Positions 1 to 11,300 of a DNA stretch of 64,000 bases are shown piece after piece. The DNA lies in the NCBI GenBank assembly GCA_964551725.1, contig CAZKED010000001.1, forward strand, positions 32,001 through 96,000, in the 5' to 3' direction. Position 1 is the stretch's first letter. Every line of letters begins with the position of its first letter. A model generated the notes under the pieces. The model made no database searches and had not been told where the DNA came from. It saw only the letters and a list, made by a program, of their open reading frames with translations. The position numbers and the translations under genes were made by a program. This DNA comes from an uncultured archaeon (GTDB taxonomy: Archaea; Iainarchaeota; Iainarchaeia; Iainarchaeales; DTGL01).

Positions 1-1
1 G

Positions 2-70
2 GGACAGGGGGCAATTGCGGCTGAAGCGGCTTACAATTTTTTGCAGAAAAAGCGAAGGGAATCCGCGTGA
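2..70 (+). CDS. 3' end of a thioredoxin reductase-like FAD-dependent oxidoreductase (partial)
   Basis: Frame 2 reads GQGAIAAEAAYNFLQKKRRESA*, matching the C-terminal G-x-G-A-x-A-A-x-x-A-x-x-(F/Y)-L helix of the TrxB family. Only 22 codons are visible. Confidence 0.6.
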   Translation, partial: GQGAIAAEAAYNFLQKKRRESA

Positions 71-72
71 AA

Positions 73-696
73 ATGGAGGAGCAGGAGTTTTATTATTCTT
101 CTATAAGAGGAAGGATGCTGGGCGGGAAGGCGCGCGAGCACCTAATCGATGCCCTGATAAGAAAAAACGCCGGGGAAAGCTTTATTGAAGTGGGATGCGG
201 CGCGGGGCATTACGTTAAGAAAGCATTCAGCATGTTTTCCCTCTGCGCCGGCGTTGACCTGCGGCTCGGCAAACTTTTTCTCGCGCGCGGAAAAACGGGC
301 TGCGACAACTTTGCAAACGCTGACGCCGAATTCCTTCCATTCAAAAATTCGAGTTTCGATTTTGTATTGTGCACTGAAATGCTGGAGCACGTTCCGCAGT
401 GGAAAAAAGCGCTGGCGGAACTCAGAAGGATTGCGGGAAAAAAAATCCTGCTGAGCATTCCCCTGGAGCACGGGTTTTTTTGGAAGGCATTCTCCCTTTT
501 TTACGGAATGGACACCCGCGGGCACCTGCACAAGCTGGACAGGAAAAAAATCGAATCGCAGATGAAGGGCTGGAAACTGCGGGAATTCAGCCTTGTGTGC
601 ACTCCCTCGCGGAGGCTCAACAAAAGAATAGGGAACAGGGCGGGGGAAAGGGGGAGCATGTACGCTGTAATGCTGTTCGGGAAAGGCGGGAAATGA
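73..696 (+). CDS. Class I SAM-dependent methyltransferase
   Basis: Motif I IEVGCGAG, then ADAEFLPFKNSSFDFVLCTEMLEHV (Methyltransf_11-like). ATG at 73; alternative GTG at 67. Confidence 0.85.
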   Translation: MEEQEFYYSSIRGRMLGGKAREHLIDALIRKNAGESFIEVGCGAGHYVKKAFSMFSLCAGVDLRLGKLFLARGKTGCDNFANADAEFLPFKNSSFDFVLCTEMLEHVPQWKKALAELRRIAGKKILLSIPLEHGFFWKAFSLFYGMDTRGHLHKLDRKKIESQMKGWKLREFSLVCTPSRRLNKRIGNRAGERGSMYAVMLFGKGGK

Positions 697-702
697 CAAG
701 AT

Positions 703-1452
703 TCACTTTTCTGTCCATTTTTGTATTCTTTTCATTGTTTTCCCGAACGCGGGGAGTTCGTCAAAAACAAGGCTTTTGAGTTCTTTTTCAAAGTATTCCT
801 GCTTTTGTTTTGCTTTTTCCAGGAATTCTTTTTTTGAAAATTTTTTGCCGCTGAATGCAAGTTTTTTGTCTGCAAGTTCTTGGTTGAAAGGAATTTTCTT
901 TTTTTCAATCAAATAATGCAGGTCGTACACGTCTCTTGCTTTTTCCCTCGTCATTATTGCCCTTACTTTTTCTGCGCCAATCTCTTCCAAGCTCATGCCG
1001 GCTGCCCTTTTTGTCGGCAGGCCGTATTCCGGAAAATCAAGCTTTACGGGCAGGGGTGTTTTTGCAATGCCTTCCCTTTTGCTTATTTCCACGTAAACCC
1101 TGCATTCGTCAATGCGGGCAGTGTTGAGGGGACCTTTTGCGCTTATCCTGAACGAGAGCGTTGTTGCATTATTTGTGATTGTTTTGACTGCATTTTCTAT
1201 TCCGAACAGTTCAAGTGATTTGGAGACAATTGCAGGCAGGTTTTTTGGGAGAGCCTCTTTCGCTGTAAAGTCAAGGTCTTCCGAAAACCTCGGCAAGCCG
1301 TGGAAAAACCAAAGGTATGTTCCGCCCTTGAAAACCAGCGGATGCTCTGAAAGAATTTCAAGCATTACCGATTGAACGTAATGTTTTTCCTGCTGCCAGG
1401 GCTTTAAGCCTTTGAGTTTCGCTATCTCCAAAAGCTCTTTTTTTTCAATCAA
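703..1452 (-). CDS. abiEii: AbiEii/AbiGii-family nucleotidyltransferase toxin (type IV TA)
   Basis: Motifs LVFKGGTYL, RFSEDLDF, AEKVRA and KARDVYDL. Its start overlaps the end of the upstream antitoxin gene. Confidence 0.88.
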   Translation of the reverse strand: MIEKKELLEIAKLKGLKPWQQEKHYVQSVMLEILSEHPLVFKGGTYLWFFHGLPRFSEDLDFTAKEALPKNLPAIVSKSLELFGIENAVKTITNNATTLSFRISAKGPLNTARIDECRVYVEISKREGIAKTPLPVKLDFPEYGLPTKRAAGMSLEEIGAEKVRAIMTREKARDVYDLHYLIEKKKIPFNQELADKKLAFSGKKFSKKEFLEKAKQKQEYFEKELKSLVFDELPAFGKTMKRIQKWTEK

Positions 1453-2023
1453 TTGAAATCATTCTCTCCAGTTTTTTCTTTCCCCTGCCGTTGAATTTTT
1501 TCAGCAATTTCTCCAGCCTTCGCATGCTGATTTTTTTTGAAATCTCCTGCAGGTTTTTTTCCGAAAAAATGTTCAGGTACAACGCGTCAAGCACTGCCTT
1601 TTCGGGCTCTGCAACCATTACATAGCTTTTCCCCTTTGAGTGCTTCCTGAAGCCGTAAAGCAGCGAGCCCGGAATCTTGTGGTAGACAATGCCGAGTTCC
1701 CTGAACCTGAGCGAGTTTTTTGGCGTAACGCATTCAATGCTTTTCTGCACCTGCGCTGTTATTCCGTGGAACAAAAGCGCCGAACCAAGCGAAACATACG
1801 AGGGTTCAACGAGTTGCGTTGCAATGATGAACTCATCCTTTTCAAAAGAGATTTTTCCCTTAAGCACCCTCACGGCAAGCCCCTCCTTTACAAGCCTTGA
1901 AGCATACACCGTGCACACTGCTTTGGGCTTGCCTGTGAGATTGGACAACTGCTGCATTGAGAACACCGCCCTGCCTGATTCCAGTGCCATGTCCCTAATC
2001 CTGTACAAAGACAACCCTTTCAC
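1445..2023 (-). CDS. abiEi: AbiEi-family antitoxin / transcriptional regulator
   Basis: N-terminal wHTH-like segment, PSYVSLGSALLFHGI and VAEPEKAVLDALY motifs. A GTG start at 2023 follows a GGAGTGA ribosome-binding site (the ORF track starts at 2071). Confidence 0.85.
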   Translation of the reverse strand: MKGLSLYRIRDMALESGRAVFSMQQLSNLTGKPKAVCTVYASRLVKEGLAVRVLKGKISFEKDEFIIATQLVEPSYVSLGSALLFHGITAQVQKSIECVTPKNSLRFRELGIVYHKIPGSLLYGFRKHSKGKSYVMVAEPEKAVLDALYLNIFSEKNLQEISKKISMRRLEKLLKKFNGRGKKKLERMISID

Positions 2024-2032
2024 AGCATCACT

Positions 2033-2078
2033 CCAAAACAACAATATTGTTATATTGGAATGACAGAACAATATTTAA
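2033..2078 (-). promoter_or_regulatory. abiE promoter with TATA box and palindromic operator candidate
   Basis: TTAAATA on the minus strand at 2078-2072. A 26-bp imperfect palindrome CCAAAACAACAAT/ATTGTTATATTGG lies at 2033-2058, with perfect core AACAATATTGTT at 2040-2051. Confidence 0.6.
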
Positions 2079-2317
2079 GCTTATGCCGGGGGGAGCGGGC
2101 TCCGTGAAACTGAAAAATTATTGCCCTCCCGCACCTGAACCAAGAAAAACCGCGCAGGAGAAAAAGGAAGCATGTACGCAGTGCTTTTGTTCGAAAAAGA
2201 GCGCTGATTGCAGCAAAAACGGAAAAAAAAGCGCAAATCATACTTTTTAACTAAAAAAAGTTAATGGTTATTTTTTTAACCCTTTCATTGGGGAATTAGT
2301 ATGGTTGTAACCTAAAA

Positions 2318-2335
2318 CCGCAAGGGGGCTTGCGG
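2318..2335. other. GC-rich hairpin upstream of the giant surface gene
   Basis: CCGCAAG-GGGG-CTTGCGG is a perfect 7-bp stem, followed by an A-run. Confidence 0.45.
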
Positions 2336-2363
2336 AAAAAAAAAACCAATTGGGGGTAATTGA

Positions 2364-5300
2364 ATGAATCTTTATTCTGGAAACGCACATAACTATATTT
2401 TTAAAAAAATCTCTTTCTTTTTGGCAGTTCTTTTGCTTTTAACTCTGCTGACAGCGAGCGCGGGAGCGGTTGATTTCACGGACCGTTACGTCAATACGGA
2501 TGGAGTGTGCGGAGGGCTCACCCCGTGTTACACGACAATACAGAGCGCGATAGATGCGTCCGCCAGCGGAGACATCATTCATGTGGCAGCCGGCACTTAC
2601 AACGAAACCCCCGTAATAGACAAGCCCCTCATCTTGCGCGGCTATCAGGCCGATGTTGACCCAAGACCAAGCCAAGGCGGGAGAACAGGCGGCGAAGCAA
2701 TTATTGACGCAGGCGAGGCAAGCTCTTACGTTGTAAGAATAAACTCCGCGAGCGGCGTTGAAATAAACGGTTTTACCATTACCGGCGGAACAGGCGACAT
2801 GGTAGAGGAATCGGGTCACGCGGACAACCTCTTATTCCAGTACAACATTCTTTACGATGACCTCGGCTCAGTGGGAGACGAAGCACTCCAGGTAAAATAC
2901 TCGGACGGAGTGGTCATCCAATACAACTATGTTTACGATGCAGTCCAAGACGCCCTCAATTTATCATCCTCGACAAACGGAACAGTCCAATACAACGAAG
3001 TGCACGACATTTACTCGGAAAACGCGGCAATTTACTGTTATGACGCCACAAACATTGACATTATAGGCAACCTTGTTTACAATGTTCCAAACAACGACGG
3101 GATAAAACTCGGGGACAGCGGGGATGGAAGCACTGGCGGCTCTGTGCAGGACAACGTAGTACACGATGCAGCAGAAGACGGAATCACAATCTACGCTTCG
3201 GACGCAACCGTTGAAGGCAACGAAATATACAACTGCGGAAGCGAAAACGGGGCGCTGTACCTCTACGGAGCGGACAATGCAACGGTCAGCAACAACAAAA
3301 TCCACGACAACACTGCAATCGGAATACTTATCCACAACACGGACAACGTGACAGGGACAGGAAACGAAGTATACAACAACAATGATTCCGACGATTCAAA
3401 GTACGCTGGCTCGGCAGGAATCTGGGCTACAAATTCGGCAACAAACATCGATTTCAGCACGGACAACCAGGTTTACGGAAACACCGATTATGAAGTTAAA
3501 AACGAAAATGCAGGAGTGTTGCTCGCAACCCATAACTGGTGGGGTTCAGCTACAGGACCGGATGCCGCCAAAATTTACGGGAACGTTGAATACTGCCCTT
3601 GGCTTGACGCAGCACCTCCGGCGGGAACAGCCACTGGCCCAGTTGTAAACCAGGACACAGCCCAAGGTTACTGCTCAATCCAGGACGCGATAGACGATGC
3701 AACAGCGGGAGACACGATAAATGTTGCAGCAGGAACCTATACTGAAACAATTACGGTTAATAAGGATGTCACCTTGACTGGAGCAAATCAGGGCGTGGAC
3801 CCGGCAGGGAGCACCGACCGGGGCAGCGAGTCACTAATTGATGGCGAGATAACAATCACCGCCGCAGGAGCCACACTTAATGGGTTTAAGACTGACGGCC
3901 ACAGGGTACGAATTGATCATGCAGCCAATGTTGAAGTCAGTTATAATATTGTTGTGAATTCTAACACACACGGAATCTATATTGAGCCCTCTTCGGCAAA
4001 TGCCCAGATTTTATACAACACGGTTGCTGACCCTGAATGGCAGGGAATCTCCAATCAGGGGAATTCCGGGGTGGTTATCAGCCACAATCAGGTAACCGGC
4101 GTTTCAGACCAACAGCCAATAGAATCCACAAACCATGCCGGAACAAATATTGAAATTACATACAATGTGGTTTCGGGTTGTACTGGCGCGAAAGGAATTA
4201 ATTACTGGGGAGCTCCCGGAGCAGTAATCAGTTATAACCAGATTTCTGGCACTACCCATGAAGCCATTTTTTCAGACACGAAAACAAACACCATTATTGG
4301 CAACACCATCTCAAACACCGGCGGTCCGGGAATACAGCTTTACCCGGTAGCAGTCTCAGATGCCGGAGAGAAAAGTGTCATTAGCGGGAACACTATCTCT
4401 TCAACAAAATACCAAGGCATCACTGTGTTTGGGCAAGCCTATACAGAAATCAGCGATAATACTCTTACAGGGTGCAACTATTACGGTGCTGATGGAACCG
4501 GGGACTGGGACTACGCTGCAATTCATGTTGAAGACCTGGGCGGGTCTGCCGAATATTCCACAATAACCGGCAACACGGTGATTGACGGCATCAATGGAAT
4601 TCAGACCTGGTCAAACCATACTACAATAACAGACAATGAAATTTATGGCATGGGGAACACTTATGGAACTGAAAAAGTGGTTGGAGCCCGCACATACAAA
4701 AACTCCGCAATCCTTGTCGGGAGCAATTGGGGCTCCGGCGATTTGGACCCCGTAGGAACCATCATTGGAAACAACGACATACACGATAACTACTGGGGCT
4801 TATTCTATAGCGCTGACTTGACAAATGGCGTGACTGCCAAAAACAACTGGTGGGGCTCGGCTGACGGACCAAGCGGCTTCGGCCCAGGCAGCGGTGACCC
4901 GGTAAGCGATAACGTCGAATACTGCCCGTGGCTTGACTCGGCAGGCGGCGACCCGATTGGACCGGTAATGAACGGAAGCAACGCTTACTGCTCAATCCAA
5001 GCGGCAATAGATGACGCGAGCGCGGGAGACACGATTAGTGTTGCTGCGGGAACTCATGTACAAACCAGTGATCTTGTAATAGACAAGTCTTTAACAATCA
5101 CAAAATCCGGTTCGGAAAAACCCACTATTCAATTTGATGGAAAGTGCGACAATGTATCTGTAGAAGCCAGCAACGTTACAATCGATGGGATAAGATTTTA
5201 CAAAACAAACACAGAAGAAGGCTGGAATGGCAGTCCAACCTGTTCAGCAAATACAATACTGGACATGCCAAAAAACTGGGCCACTCCAGAAACTATCGTT

Positions 5301-8300
5301 CCCTATGGGGACCTCACACTACAAAACTGCGTTTTCGATGAGGGAAGATATGGAATGTATATCAGCACAAATAACGATCTAACAGTAGAAAACTGCGAGT
5401 TCAACAACAACCTTAGAGACTCTATCTTTATTGCAAATATTAGAGGCGGCACCGCTTATATAACAGACAACACATTTAACGGCGGAAACAGCAAGGCAAT
5501 CATAATTGAAAATGGAGCAGACCAAGATAGGGCGGAAGGAACCATACAGGCAACAGGGAACACTGTAAACGGCCGAGCAGGCAACTTTTTCCTCTACAAT
5601 CACTGGCCAGACACTACAAAAAAAGTTAGCCTGTCTATTGAAGACAACGAGGTTGATAGCACAACCTATAGCTCCATAGTAATATTTGCCTGTGGCAATA
5701 TAAGTCTTGACAAATTCGAGAACATAAGTATAAAAAATAATTCAATCACCAATGCAGGCGAACATGCAATATTCGCTGACGCTACATCCTGTCCAGGCTG
5801 GGGCATTCCCACAACAGTATCGGGGACGCCAAACGAATTAAGCATCAACCACAATAACATTACAGGCAGCACGGGCAAAGGAGTGCAAAATGACTTCCCA
5901 ATAACAATCGACGCAACCAAAAACTGGTGGGGGGATGCATCAGGCCCGTACCATGCAACTCTTAACCCGGCTGGAACAGGCGACGCGGTAAGCGATAACG
6001 TTGAGTTCAGCCCGTGGTATGCGGACGAGGAAAAAACAAACGAAACCTACATTGACGCCGACGGAGACAATACAGTTGACACTTCAGACATAAATGGAAT
6101 GGACTCAATGGTTTTCGACGACCCGCTGGACTCGGACTGGGTCAGCGTGACGTTCTATGACTCGGACCCAAGCCCCGCTCCTTCAACAATCGGGTTCCTC
6201 GGGCACTACTACAACATCGAATCAAGCCTTACAGACGGAACATTCACTGTGACAATCGTGTTCTCTTACACTGGAGCGGAACTAGCCGCGGCAGGAATAA
6301 GCGAGGGGGACATACTTAGTGTAACTTACTTCGATGAAATAAGTGGAACTTGGAAACCAGCACACGACCCCCCAGAAAATACAGTCGAGTGGAATCCTGA
6401 TGAAAACACTGTAACAGTAACCCTGACCCATTTCACTCCTTTCTCAATAATCGCGGCGACAACAATGGAAGTGTTTGACTTGACGCCAGATACCGCGGAG
6501 AACGGGGAAGAAAATGTCGGAATGCTTGACATTAGTATATTCAACGGCGCTGTATTCGACGACCAGTTCAAGAAACTGGTTGTAAGAATTGATGCTACAA
6601 ATACCTCTGACATCGACAAAGGAAAACTCTACAAAGACAACGGCGACGGCGTGTTTGACCCCTCGGCTGACACCTTATTGAAAACGGATTACTCGCTTGT
6701 AAACAGCAGGTTTGTTTTCAATAACATAAATGATGAAATAGCGTTCGGAGCGACACAGCACTACTTTGTTGCATTCGATTTGATGCCCTGGGTTTACCAC
6801 AACCACACTATTGATGCCTGGATTAAGGCAGGCGGAGCAATAATGCTTTACGCGGGAAGCAACACCACTGACTTCAAGCCCGCAGGATTCACCACACTCA
6901 CAAACGACCCCGAAGCAACAATCAGCCTGTACCACGATGATGTGGCACAGGAATTAAGAGTCTGGGGAACCGCGCCTTACGGAACAAACTACACGACAAT
7001 AATCGCTTACGATACCCAAAACAACCCATTGCACACGTTCACGCCGGTTTCAGTTGACGGGGACAGGGCATACGAGGAATTCCTTGACATTTCAGCATGG
7101 GACTTAATCAAGTACAACATAGTCGTGGAATTCTACGATTCGGAAGACGAGTTTTTAATCAGCGCCGGAGACTTGTTCGACGACTTGTACCAGCAAGCGC
7201 TTGAGGCAAGGATAACGGACGCGGAAGAAGACATCGACCAGCTGGAAATTGACGTTGCCGCGCTACGGGAAGATGAAACGGCAAACGAAGCGGACATCAA
7301 CGCCCTTGAGGACAGAATGAACGACGCCGAACAGGATATCGTTGATTTGAGAAATGACCTCACAACGCTCCAAGGCGACGTTTCAACGTTGACTGGCAGG
7401 GTGGACGACCTTGAAACAGACCTCGGAAACCTGCAGAATGATTTAGTTGATTTAAGAGCTGACCTTATGGCGTGGAATCACGGAACTGTCTGGCTTGTTT
7501 ACAATTCAAGTGCCCAGACCCTCAAAATAAAAGGAACTGCGCCACTAGGAACTTCAGAAGTAAAGATAAGGGTTTGCGATAAAGACAACAGCAATTGCAC
7601 GGAAGCCTTGGCAGACTATTTTTCCACGGACGACTATTTTTACAAAACAGACCCGGACTACGATGTGAGTTCTTGGAGCCCGCAGGTCTACAACATCAAA
7701 GCCGGGTTTTTTGACGAGAACAACCACTTGGTGGACCGCTGGGTTACAACGCTGTTCACCGCGCTCTTGCTGGAAGACCTGCAGGACAGGGTTGTAGGAC
7801 TGGAAGCCGATGTTTTAGCACTGCAGTTCGAAATGGCAGACCTCAATGCAAGAGTGACAGCAAACGAGGGCACTATTGCGGAGCACGAAGCAGAAATCGC
7901 TGAATTGCAGGGAAGAATGGATGAAGCGGAACAAGATATCCTTGACTTGTACGACGAAGTTGCTGATTTGCACGCAATGGACGATTCATTGCAATCACAG
8001 ATTGACGACCTCAACGACAGGCTTGCTTATCTGGAAAACGAAAGGATTCCGGAGCTTGAACAGAGAGTTTCAGACTTGGAGGACATGATTGCGAGAATGA
8101 ACCACGGCACCGTCAGCCTTAACTATATCAATGGCACGCTGTGGGTTTGGGGTGAAGCACCCGAAGGAAGTGCCAGGGCAAGGATTGAAATAAGGGACAT
8201 TGTCTATAATGTGCTCTACACGCTTGACCCGGTTTCAATAGACGTCAATAATGGCTACACTGCACAGTTTGACACAGCGGAATGGGACCCGCTGAAATAC

Positions 8301-11300
8301 AACGTTGTCGTGCTGTTCTACGGCGAGGAAGATGTTTATATAAGCAAGGTCGGAGACCTGTTCGACAACCTGTACATTATCTGGCTGAATGAAAGGATAA
8401 CGTTCATTGAGGACACGGAGATTCCGAGGATTGACGGGGAGATAACCGCGCTCTGGGATGCAAACGCAGAACAAGCCCAGCAAATCATCGAACTGCACAC
8501 ACAACTCAACGACCTCAACACAGAACTGACAGGAATGATAAACGACCTCAACGAGGAAATGCAAGCAAAGGTTGCGGATTTGCAGGCACAAATAGACAGC
8601 TTAAGGGAAGAACTCGACAGAATAAGCCACGGAACCTTCAACATCGCATTCCACCAAGGATTCAATGAGATATGGGTCTGGGGAGAAGTGCCCGAAGGAA
8701 CAGCATACTTCGAAATAGAAGTAATGGATTCCTACTGGTATCCAACCTTTTACCTGCCCTACTACCAAGACTTAATGGGAGGCAACGAGTACGAGGCATA
8801 CTTCGATCTAAATGATTGGGAAGCAGCAAAATACACCATAATGGTCTACTTCTACGACGAAGAAGACTGGGAACTTGGCTTCGCCGGAGGACTCTTCGAC
8901 AACCTGTACATGATTTGGCTGGATGAAAGAATTACAGTAATAGAAAACGAGTTAATTCCGGACCTGAACGAGCAAATCAATTTGCTCTGGGACGCGGACG
9001 CACAGCAATGGCAGCAAATAATGGCACTCCAGCAAGAAATCGAGGACGTAAACAGCGAACTGCATGCAATGATTGCAGACGTGAACGCGGAACTTCAAGC
9101 AAAAATCGCAAACCTGCAAACACAAATCAACGCCCTCAGCACACAACTCGCAAGAATGAACCACGGAACAATAAGCCTGAACTTCACGAACTACACCCTC
9201 AGGGTCTGGGGTGAAGCGCCGGAGGGTGCAGTGGAGGCAAGAGTGCTCGTTTACGACAGTTACGGCACAACAATGCCGTTCGTGACATCCTATGGAAGCG
9301 TTGCAGCGGACAACTCGTACGACGAATCGCTTGACACCATCGAGTGGCTGCCTTTGAAATACAACATAGTGGTTGAATTTTACGCCGAAGGAGAAGAATA
9401 CATTGGATGGGTTGGCGACTTGTTCGACAACCTCTACATGCTCTGGATAGAAGAACGGCTGACGGTAATAGAAGACGTGAACCTGCCGTACTTGAAGGAG
9501 CAGGTTAACTTGCTGTGGGATGCAAACGCCCAGCAGTCACAGCAGATAAACGAGTTGCACGCACAACTCGACGACCTGAACGCAGAACTCAGCGCAATGA
9601 TCGCAGACCTCAACGCCGAAATGCAGGCAAAAGTCGCATTCCTCCAAGCACAGATTGACGACCTCAAGGACCAGCTTGACAGAATGAACCACGGGACAAT
9701 CAGCATCGCGTTCGATGCAGGCGATGACTATGCCAGAGTCTGGGGCGAAGCTCCGGAGGGAACAGCCACAATCAGCTATTACGTATTGGACGCGTTCGGA
9801 AACTATGCGGTCGCGCCGTATGTTGACGTCAGCGAAGAATTTGTGCCAGAAACAAACCAGTACGAGTTCGACCTTTACACTACCGGCTGGGCGAGCGGAA
9901 CATACACAGTGTTCGTTTTATTTGAGGATGATGGGGGAAACACGCTGGACGAGGTCGCGGAATCCTTCGAAATTCCCTTCTTTGGATTCACCAATGTTGA
10001 CACCGACCACAGGATTGAAACGTTCTTCGCTAGCTACGCGAGCGTTCCCATCGATTACTGCATCAAAGTGCAGCATTCCGGAGCATATGACATCCTGTTG
10101 TCTGACGGCGATGGATTCACCCAGAGCATAATACCAGAAGAACTTACATATATAATGTTGGACGAAAACCAGCTCTACTGCTTCAACGACTACGTTGAAT
10201 ACGAGGGACTCGGCTCTTGGGAACTGTACCTCGAACTCTGGGAATACGATGGCAATGAAGTAATTTACTCCTACGGTCCGATTTCGGTCGACGTTGTGGC
10301 ACTCGAGAGCTATATTGAAGACTCAAGCGTAACGGTTATGCTACCAGAACCGAACGGCGAGGGCGAATACAGCGATGTTTATTGGACTAACAGCGACGGC
10401 GTGTTCATAAACGCGGTTTTGGGCGATAACACTGAGGCGCAGAGCATTTACTGCAGCGTGAGCTACAGGAAAACCGACGAGCCATTCGCACCAGTGGACA
10501 GGTGGGACTTGCCGATTTACAGCGGAGAAGGAAAATACTGCCAGGGAACAATCCAGACAAGTGAACTGAACAACGGCATTGAGGGAATATACGAAATGGC
10601 CGTGAAAGCGGACTTTATCGGAGCACACGAAGTTGAAGACCAGTTCTATCTCGGCATCGACAACACTCCGCCTGTTGTGACCGAAATCGTTGACCCGGGA
10701 TACATTTCAGGAACAGTGACACTGCAGGCAAAAGTGGAGGACGAAGCCTCAGGCGTGAACTTGGTCTGGATTGCCATACAGGATAAGGTAACGGGTGACC
10801 CACTACCAGGAGAATGGCTGGCAACATACAATCCAGGAACAGGCTATTATGAGGTAATTTTTGATTCCACACTAGTTCCAATCGACGGACCGTACAACAT
10901 TTACGTCGAGGCAACTGACATTGCCGGAAACATGGGCTCGGATTTCATTGACCCAGTAATAGACAACACTCCGCCCACGATAGAGGACTGGTCAATGAGC
11001 CCCGAGAATCCCGTGAGGGGGGAAACAATTTCCTTCCAGGCAACTGCGAGCGACGACCCTGCGGGAATCAGTTCAGTGAAAGCAAGGATTATTGATTCGC
11101 TGGGAAACGAGTATTACTCTGAATTGGCAATAACAAAAAGGACACAGACAAACTTCAACTGGGAATTCGAGGGAACAATGGACACAAACAACGACTTCGC
11201 AGCGGGAAACTGCAACGCTGCAATCGTAGTAAAAGACAACGCGGGAAACACCGGGACAGCGGACGAAAACTTTGAACTGGGCAACGGGACAAAACGCGAA

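Noticed and set aside
703-2078. Mobile element carrying the abiE pair
   Set aside because: No transposase, integrase, terminal repeats or target-site duplication were seen.
6906-9980. CRISPR array or DGR template/variable repeat
   Set aside because: The repeats are long, degenerate and in-frame coding units. There are no spacers and no cas or reverse transcriptase gene.
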